Below, piece by piece: positions 51,472 to 64,000 of a DNA stretch of 64,000 nucleotides. The notes below the pieces were generated by a model. The model ran no database searches. It was not told where the DNA came from and saw only the letters and a program-made list of their open reading frames with translations. Position 1 is the first letter of the stretch. Every line of letters starts with the position of its first letter. Source of the stretch: the human T2T-CHM13v2.0 reference genome, Homo sapiens; assembly GCF_009914755.1 (NCBI RefSeq), contig NC_060926.1; one strand, written 5' to 3'. A program made the translations under genes and the position numbers.

Positions 51472-52487
51472 ATGGGGAAAAAACAGAACAGAAAAATTGA
51501 AAATTCTAAAAATCAGAGGGCCTCTCTTCCTCCAAAGGAACACAGCTCCTCACCAGCAACGGAACAAAGCTGGACAGAGAATGACCTTAATGAGTTGAGA
51601 GAAGAAGGCTTCAGATGACTAAACTTCTCGGAGCTAAAGGAAGAAATTTGAACCCATCGCAAAGAAGTTAAAAACCTTGAAAAAAGACTAGACGAATGGC
51701 TAGCTAGAATAACCAATGCAGAGAAGTCCTTAAAGGACCTCATGGAGCTGAAAACCATGGCATGAGAACTACGTGACGAATGCACAAGCTTCAGTAGCCA
51801 TTTTGATTAACTGGAAGAAAGGGTATCAGTCATTGAAGATCAAATGAATGAAATGTAGCGAGAAGAGAAGTTTAGAGAAAGAAGAGAAAAAGAAACGAAC
51901 AAAGCCTCCAAGAAATATGGGAATATGTGAAAAGACCAAATCTACGTCTAATTGGTGTACGTAAAAGTGATGGAGAGAAAGGAACCAAGTTGGAAAACAC
52001 CCTGCAGGATATTATCCAGGAGAACTTCCCCAACCTAGCAAGACAGGCCAACATTCAAATTCAGGAAATACAGAGAACGCCACAAAGATACTCTTCGAGA
52101 AGAGCAACTCCCAGACACATAACTGTCAGATTCACCAAAGTTGAAATGAAGCAAAAAATGTTAAGGGCAGACAGAGAGAAAGGTCGGGTTACCCACAAAG
52201 GGAAGCCCATCAGACTAACAGCTGATCTCTCAGCAGAAACTCTACAAGCCAGAAGAGAGTGGGGGCCAATATTCAACATTCTTAAAGAAAAGAATTTTCA
52301 ACCCGGAATTTCATATCCAGCCAAACTAAGCTTCCTAAGTGAAGGAGAAATAAAATCCTTTACAGACAAGCAAATGCTGAGAGATTTTGTCACCACCAGG
52401 CCTGCCCTAAAAGAGCTCCTGAAGAAAGCACTAAACATGGAAAGGAACCAGCGGTACCAGCCACTGCAAAAACATGCCAAATTGTAA
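51472..52487 (+). pseudogene. L1 ORF1p, disrupted
   Basis: ATG GGG AAA AAA CAG at 51472 to TAA at 52487 spans 1016 nt, so it is frameshifted; several premature stops; the C-terminal 186 aa is open (KRPNLRLIGV...YQPLQKHAKL). Confidence 0.95.
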
Positions 52488-52550
52488 AGACCATCGATGC
52501 TAGGAAGAAACTGCATCAACTAATGAGCAAAATAACCAGCTAACATCATA

Positions 52551-56393
<3,843 letters not shown>

Positions 56394-58478
56394 ACAATGA
56401 GAACACATGGAAACAGGAGGGGGACCATCACACACCGGGGCCTGTTGTGGGGTGGGTGGAAGGGAGAGGGATAGCATTAGGACATATACCTAATGTAAAT
56501 GACGAGCTAATGGGTGCAGCACACCAACATGGCACATGTATACATATGTAACAAACCTGCACGTTGTGCACATGTACCCTAGAACTTAAGGTATAATAAA
56601 ATATATATATATATAAAGAAATGCTAAAAGATGCACAAAGGAGTCCAGGTGCTGACTTTTTTGAGTGTTTGCTCCCCTAGCAGCCCACCATGTGTCCCTA
56701 ACAACACCACTGCCCAGCCCCAAACATGTGTACTCTGGCTTTATTATCTGGCTTAAAGCTGGGACTGTGACTGCATCCCAAAGAAACACTAACTGGGGTC
56801 AGAGGAAGAGCCTTGTGTTGTGATGGGGTTAACTTGGGCTTTAAAGCAAGAGGGTAAGGATTTGTCAGCTAGAATGAACAGCATGAACAATTCTTAAATG
56901 ATAGACACATATGGGGAAAATTTTCAAGTAATTCCATGAGAATGTAGAATCTTGTTTAAGAGGTGCTGTTTAAATGCTATTACTCAAGAAGGTATCTCCA
57001 CATCTTCCTATACAGACATTCTCCCTGTCTTCCAATAGCTTGACATTGCAGATAGCTATCCTGCTGCAGGTGCAGACAACTGGAGCATAAAGAATATAAG
57101 CAAGAAACCAATATACAATCAGGTGGTCAAATGTTTATACCAAAGGTACATGCAACTAAACAAACAGTTTTTCATTTTTAGTTTGACCTTGGGGCTTTAT
57201 ATGGGAGGGAAGGTGAAAATCTAAGTTCTACTTAGTATTGATAGCTTTAGAAAAAATACTTTCATTTCAGAGAGTTTATCTCAACCCTTTGGTCTTAAAT
57301 TCATGCATGAAATATAGGATAAATTACTTTTCAAATTAAGTTTTTCATCCAGCCCTGTTTGTACAAAGCCCTTTGGCAGAGGTGCTCTCTTCTATCTCAG
57401 GGAAAATCCAAAAAGCTTTGTTTAATTAACAGATATTAAAGGGTTCAGATGATGAAAATATAAATTCAGTGAAAGCATCGTTGTCGTGATGCAGTCAGAT
57501 CAGCTAAACCCTCGGCTGTCATCAGCTCAATTTCTTAGTATGTTTGGTTGGGGTCCTATCTCTTCATTTTTATAGATTATTTTCTTACATCTACTATCCT
57601 ATGACTGTTATGGGAAAGACTTCTTAGGTATAAGATATCACCCCCTTATTCTAATGTAGGAACTGCTTCTGACCCTTTCATTCCATTCTTGCCAGCATTC
57701 ACAGCATGAAATGTGATTATTTTATTACTTAATTCCTTTCTTTCCACACACCCATTTCCACTTCTATTTTCCCATCTTTCATTTTGTCCTCACATATTTG
57801 TTACTTTGTGTTTTATCTTCTTGTGAGTTCTAAGTGAGACAGCCAAGTAGAACCAGATGGTTAAAAATAGTTTCTGACATTATTTGTGATTCTTCAGAGG
57901 TAGTCTTGCAAATCACTTTTTCTCATTTGATTTTTACCTAACATGCTGACAGTGCTCCAATCTTGTTTCTTGATTATCCTATTACATAGTGCCTTCCTTT
58001 GCATTTAGTAAAAACATACAAGCAATGGTTCTGTTTGGATAGTGCAACCTAGTTATCATTTACAATTTTATGGAATTAGAAAGGCAAGAGGAGGAAAGGA
58101 TTGAGACTTAAATTATTATTTAAAAGGAAAAGCATGAATTAACTACATTGGTGATAGGTGGAACCATTCTTTGTAAGCAGGCCTATAATTGAGCCATCTT
58201 TGTGATCATGCAATGGAAGAGCATTCTTTTTCTTACCTAGAAAGAGCACTGTTCCTCATATAAAGGAGCAATGCAATTGAAATGCAGCCACAAAGAGGTA
58301 GACAAACTCAATTGGCTGCCCACTGGGATACAATTTCAGTTAAAAAAAATCACCACAAACAAATGCATAGGAAGTAACCTAAGAATTCATTTACTGTACT
58401 CATTGTTTTCACCATAAAATTGTAAATATTCATAGTCAGTAATCATGCAGAGCCAGTAACAGTTTAGCAGTATTTCTC

Positions 58479-58480
<2 letters not shown>

Positions 58481-58520
<40 letters not shown>
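58481..58520. repeat. (TG)20 microsatellite
   Basis: Seen directly. Confidence 0.98.
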
Positions 58521-58523
<3 letters not shown>

Positions 58524-60727
58524 CTGTTTTAGCTACACTCTGAAAACATCCTACATATAGCTAAATTTATATGAAGCCACAATACCCAGGAGGCTAAATG
58601 ATTGCCTGTTAGCATTGATCATTTGGGGGCATAAAAAGAAATTTCCGGTACAAATCATATCACTTTTCTTATGCATTGTAAGAACTCCTTATATTCAAGA
58701 ATAATTTTCCTTATATATGTTTGTTTCAATTGACATGTTAAAGTACATCTGAGAATACAATATACCATACAATTGAGAGCTGGACCATCTAATAGATGCT
58801 GTGTGAGCTCTCAGAGGAAATGAAATGATAATGGAATTCCTATTCTTGGCACTAGGAAATGACCGTCCTTTGTTCTCTTCTGTGAAAGCATGCCATCATA
58901 TTTTAGTTGATTTCCCCTGTATGCTTCTTTAGGCAAGTCAGTAAATTCAGAGAAGCCAAATCTATCTTGCTTTTTTGGGAAAGTAATTTGGCTGTTTGGG
59001 CCAGAGTGCAGTTTCTTGGGTTATGTTCAGCAAGCATTACTAAAAGATAGGCTATTTTTCTATAAGTTGGATAGTTCCACATAATTTTGTTTCTTTCCTG
59101 TTCTTGACAGGTACATGAGGCAGTCCCATGTTACAGTGAGTGCAATCAGTATTCCTGGGTTGTAGAACACTGGTCTTCATGCAAAATCAACAATGAGCTG
59201 AGGTCCCTGCGCTGTGGAGGAGGAACACAATCTAGGAAAATCAGGTGTGTGAAAATGGAGAGATTTGGGAAATAGGGGGAAGTGGAACTTATACATTTTT
59301 TATAAAAACAACAGTGATGTTTATCCAAGTACACTCTCATTTTCATAACATATACTCTGGTTTTTTCTCATCTTTGAAATATTCATTGAAATAAGTGCAT
59401 CCTTACCTGCCATGTGTATAGTGGGGTTCCCTCTGCAGTGCAGCCACAATCCTTTAGCGTATCCTGCAAATGACATTGGTGCGAGAACCACCTGCAATGG
59501 AGCAGGCTGCTGTCACTCCACTGATTCATGGCCGTTATTCTTAACAAATTAGGAGATTCTGACTGTGTTGCCATTGGTCTTTTTTGCATTATGGTTAGTA
59601 TAGTTGATGAACATTTTCTTAATTTTGGATGTTGATAATTAAAAAGGTTAATTTAAACCCCATGATTAGCCTTGGAAACTAAAGTCTGAGAATACCTATG
59701 AACAGTAGCAATACATGTTAATATAAGAGAAACACATCTCTGAGAGAATTTAGTGAATGCTAGATTATTTACTGAGGAAACTGGTTTAAAGTTTTTGGTT
59801 TAGAAATATAGCAGTGTTAACCAAAGGAAATACATGGTCTGAGTTTGTCAAGATGGTCTATTTTGAAATGATTTTGAAAGAAAGAAGAACGATGTCCTTA
59901 CCAACTGAGGATAATGGCAATGAACATTAGACAATTAAAACAGCAGAAGTTACAATATTTATACATAATGATTAGTATGTAAAATAAATAAGAAGCATAA
60001 CTTAGTTAACTATTGCACATGCATAGTGTATTATTTTGTCAGATTTAGGAAGCTGTGTTTCAAATGGACAGTCAGTGTCTAAATCAGGTAGCTGCCTATT
60101 GAGTTAACTGTTGAAAGTCAGTTGCAAGGCAGAGCCTAGTTATGTCATTGATTGTTATTCAACATCTGTGAAACATACTTTATTCATTAAAATCAGTACA
60201 TACTCACTATTTATGACAGTCTCAATGTTGCAAAATCACTGGTAGTCATGTTGAAAGGAAGAGCTGCTAGCAAAATTAGAAAGTTGCTTCTCCTCACCAG
60301 CTCAAGCAAATGGCTAATGGACAAATTATCTTTCTTCCCTTTGTACATTGCCCTTTCTTCTGGGAACTCAGATGCTCAGGCTGTTGCAAATTTGGAGCTT
60401 TTACCTTTTTCTTTTTAAAATTTCTGTCTCCTGTGTCTTATTCTCTCATGGTTTTGAAAAACGATTGACCAACCTAGCTTGTAAAGTAGTATGTAAATGA
60501 GCTGTGGCATCTCCTACTTGTATCCTATTCAGGCCTCTTAGAAATATTCAAGGAAAATCTCAGGAGAAAAAGAAAAGCTTTAGGAGAATAAATTGCAATG
60601 GACAGAATTGTGGAAGGTTGATTGAGGAAAACACACTTGAACAAGAAGGCCTTTCAGTCATATGCCTCAGCTTAAACCTACAGAGCCCGATATAATACAA
60701 ACAGTATAATAACTATGAAGCATTATT

Positions 60728-61119
60728 CTACAATAGGATGAATTGTATATTTTCCAACCCCTTCCCCACAAAAAATATCCATATGTCTAAGTTAGAACCC
60801 TCAGTAGCTCAGAAGGTGACCATTTGGAAATAAATAGGATCTTTAAAGAAGTAATTAAGGTAAAATAAGGTTATTGGTGTGGGCCCTAATCCATTCTAAC
60901 TGGTGGCCTTATAAGAAGAGAAGACTAGGACACAGACACATAAAGGAAAGACCATGTGAAGACAGGGAGAAGATGCCCATCTATAAACCAAGGAAAGAGG
61001 CCTCAGGAGAAAAAAGAAATCCAGATTACACCTTGATCTCAGACTTCTAGTCTCCAGAATTATGAGAAAATAAAGTTCTGTCATTTAAGTGACCCAGTCT
61101 GTGGTATTTTATTATGGTA
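60728..61119 (+). mobile_element. MLT1A/B MaLR LTR (its last ~25 bp are displaced to about 61834-61858)
   Basis: gtgggccctaatcc...ccttataagaagag...ccatgtgaagacag...ccaaggaaagaggcctcagg...acaccttgatctcagacttc...aataaa...cccagtctgtggtattttattatggta; resumes ggtagccctagaaaac. Confidence 0.88.
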
Positions 61120-61567
61120 TATGTTTCAGCTCTTTTTATTTTGCTATGACAGAATACCCAAGACTTAGCAATTTATAAAGAAAAGAAATTTATTAGGCTC
61201 ATGGCTCTGGAGGCTGGGAATTCCAAGGACATGGCAGCAGCTTCTGGCAAGGGTTTTAGTACTCTTTCATAACATGGTTGGAAAGTAGAAGGACAAGCAA
61301 GCATGTGAGAATGAGACCACAAGAATGAGCCAAGCTTGCTTTTACAACAGTCAACTCCCACGACAACAAACTCACTTGCATAAGAACTCAACACTAGAAT
61401 AATGACATTCATAAGGGTTCCACCTTCAAGACTCAATTGCATCTTAAAGGCCTCACGTCTTGGTACTATTACATTGGCAATTACATTTTCAACACATGAA
61501 TTTTAGAGTGACATATTCAAACCATATCATTCTGCCCCAGTCCCCTAGAATTTATGTCCTTCTCACT
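61120..61567 (-). mobile_element. MSTB-like LTR plus ~38 bp of adjacent internal sequence
   Basis: ttgctatgacagaatacccaagact...aatttataaagaaaagaaatttatt...ttcaaaccatatca (ends 61529), then ttctgccccagtccc, the antisense of the MaLR polypurine tract. Confidence 0.85.
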
Positions 61568-61833
61568 TGGTGGAAGCTTCTGGCGAGGGCTTTTTGTACT
61601 GTATCAAAATGAAGTGGAGGGCATCACATGGAGAGAAGGCAAAATCTTGCATGTTAGCTCAGGTCTTTCTTTTTCTGTTCTTATAAAGCCACCAGTCTCA
61701 TCATGGTGGCTCCACTCTGATGACTTAATCTAATCCTGATTATGTCCCAATGGCTCCATCTCCAATCAACATACACATTTGAGAGATTAAGTTTTCAATA
61801 TGTGAAATCTGGGGAACACATTCAACCCACTGA
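61568..61833 (-). mobile_element. Second, partial MST LTR (MSTB/MSTC-like)
   Basis: gcttctggcgagggc...ggcatcacatgg...agctcaggtct...tcttataaagccaccagtc...gattaagttttcaa...ggggaacacattcaaccca. Confidence 0.8.
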
Positions 61834-62158
61834 GGTAGCCCTAGAAAACATACATACTCACAATGCACCATGCTGTATGTACGTAATTACTTTTAAATAT
61901 GTGAAGCAGATCTTCCAGTTACCTTGCATTCTAAACTATTATTGACCTTAAAGTCTTATAATGAATGGAATAGCTCATCTGTTCTCTTTCTTAAAACCTT
62001 CCAACTGTAGAGCATCTTCATGGTTTATCCATGACTAGAATCAATTATTAAATCAAAAATACTTGTGAATATTTGCCTTCTATGTATCAGATATTGTCCT
62101 AAGCACATCAGATAAAATAGTGAATAACATTTTTGTCCTCTAAGAATTGACAATATAA

Positions 62159-62631
62159 TGTCATTGAGTCGAATTTGGTCCATTTGCTCACATGCAGTGG
62201 AAAGCCAAACACTGAAGCACCAGGTTTTTGCAGCAAGGAAAGTTTATTGTAAGTCTGTTGACAAGGAGATAGGAGGAAATGCTCAAATCTGCCTCCCTGA
62301 GCTGGGGGTTGGGTCATGTTTTATAAGCATAAATAACAAGGTATGATCTGATTGGATCTTGCAATAAGGTGGTGCTGAGAGACATGATTTGAGTGGACCC
62401 TCCTATGGGGTGATGCCAGGGACTTGACCTGATTAACCCTACATCCTGCCATGCAGTATCCACCTCTTAATTCAGTCCCTCTTCTGAGTACTTACATTCC
62501 ACTGGTACTTAGTTCATCTGGGCATGCCCATCGGGTTTCATAACCTTTAGTGTAAGGGACCCATGGCAACTGAAAAACAACTCACAACTTTGTTACATAA
62601 AAATTCAGTCTGATTGGTCTGATGTAATATA
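62159..62631 (-). mobile_element. MER31-like ERV1 solo LTR
   Basis: ccatggcaactgaaaaacaactcacaactttgttacataaaa...gattggtctg is the antisense of the recalled MER31 5' end; tttatt poly(A) signal near 62244. Confidence 0.75.
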
Positions 62632-63024
62632 ATAGCAGTAGAGATAATCTGATGATTATAATAGCAGTAGAGAAAAAAATGAACACATAAATTATATTCA
62701 ATAAAATGTCTTTGCTATGAAATGCCAAAAAAGAAAAACGAAACTGGGTTGGAGTTATCAGGAGTATTATTTTGGCAAGATGGTCAGCAAAATATTTGAG
62801 CACAAACCTAAATATAGTGAGAGACCTGAATAAGCATGAAGATCTGTAGAAAGAGGATTCCAGGGACAAGGAGAGTAAAAAGCAGGAGCCTTCTTGGCTT
62901 ATTAACAGAGTAACAAGCTGTCCCATATGACTAGTGTCAGTACCCAAACAAGATAAAGACTGGATATTATTCTAACTGCAACCTGAAGCTATGGAAGGTT
63001 TGATGTGGGGGAGTGACATGCTCT

Positions 63025-63320
63025 ATTTTATTTTATTTTATTTTATTTTATTTTATTTTATTTTATTTTATTTTATTTTTTGAGACTGAGTCTTGATCTA
63101 TCACCCAGGTTGGAGTGCAATGGCGCAATCCCAGCTCACTGCAGCCTCTGCCTCCCAAGTTGAAGTAATTTTCATGCCTTAGCCTCCCAAATAGCTGAGA
63201 TTACAGGTGCCCACCACCACACCCAGCTAATTTTTGTATTTTTAGTAAAGAGAGTTTCACCACGTTGGCCAGGCTGGTTTTGAACTCTTGTCCTCAAGTG
63301 ATCTGCCACCCTGCCTGGCC
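63025..63320 (-). mobile_element. Alu (S/J-like) with (TTTTA)n tail and internal deletion near its 5' end
   Basis: Tail 63025-63081; body gagactgagtcttg...cctcaagtgatctgcc joined to accctgcctggcc. Confidence 0.92.
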
Positions 63321-64000
63321 TCTTATTTACATTTGAAAAGAGCCTTATTGGATGTGGTATAGGGAAGGTATTTTCAGAGTGTAGTGTAGAACAGCAAGGG
63401 ATACAGTTTTGAGGCCCTTGCAGAATTCCAGGTGAAAGAAGTTAATGGTTGGAATCGATTTAGTAAAAGTGAAGGTGATGCAAAAGTCAAATTTGGAATA
63501 TATTCTGAAGGTGTAGAACACAGAGTTTGGTGATAAAATGATTGCAGAGTGGGGAAAAAAGGAAGCCTCAAAAATGTCTGTTAGGTGGTGTGGCCTGAGC
63601 AACGTTAGGAATAATGGCATAATTTTTTGAGTTGAGGAACATTAGAAGCAGGTTTGAGATAAAAATCAAAATTAGCTTTTGAACACATTAAATTTGAGGT
63701 GATAGTAGCTTTCCAACTGAACTATTACAGTCCAGTTCAGAGGAAAGATTTAGAATATAAATTTGGGCACCATTAGCTTATAAATTTAGTATTTATTGAG
63801 AAGAAATTGAGTCCTGGGGAACTCCAACATTCATGGATTAGAGCAAATAGGAAGATTCTAGAAGTGAGACTAAGAAAAAAACTGGAATAGAAGGAAAACA
63901 AAGAAAATGAGAAGATGGACAAGTGAGTTACTCAAGAAGACATAGTAATCAATTGTTTCAAAGGCTTTTTGGTTTACTGAGATAAGAATTCACCATTGAG

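Larger units (their letters stand above)
62035..64000 (-). mobile_element. L2 LINE remnant interrupted by an LTR and an Alu
   Basis: 3' end at about 62035-62158; continues gaagctatggaaggtttgatgtgggggagtgacatg, ccaggtgaaaga, tttgaacacattaaatttgagg, gagtcctggggaactccaacatt. Confidence 0.8.

Noticed and set aside
62340-62435. Three ~40-bp degenerate repeats (tgatctgattggatc...)
   Set aside because: Probably an intrinsic feature of the MER31-like LTR rather than locus-specific.

Overview
Primate (probably human or other catarrhine) non-coding DNA: AT-rich, CpG-depleted and dominated by transposable elements. I find no credible host protein-coding gene. Main elements: a 3'-truncated HERV-L provirus (MLT2A1-type 5' LTR plus decayed gag/pro/pol, 10.07-14.89 kb); a full-length but inactivated L1PA5-like LINE-1 with target-site duplication (50.45-56.62 kb); two old L1M elements; five near-complete Alus plus one Alu fragment; MaLR and ERV LTRs, some nested; MIR, L2 and MER remnants; microsatellites; and a tailless 5S rRNA retropseudogene. 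The listed ORFs are TE-derived or chance ORFs. I cannot support a new multi-gene biological system. The most unusual signals are structural: a 121-nt near-perfect fold-back hairpin built from rearranged L2 sequence (31980-32100), a patchwork templated-insertion scar in HERV-L pol, a ~254-bp locally templated duplication, a probable L1 3' transduction, a chimeric double MST LTR, and repeated Trp-to-stop changes in HERV-L. Repeat subfamily names come from my recollection of consensus sequences, not from a search. Boundaries of old repeats are approximate.
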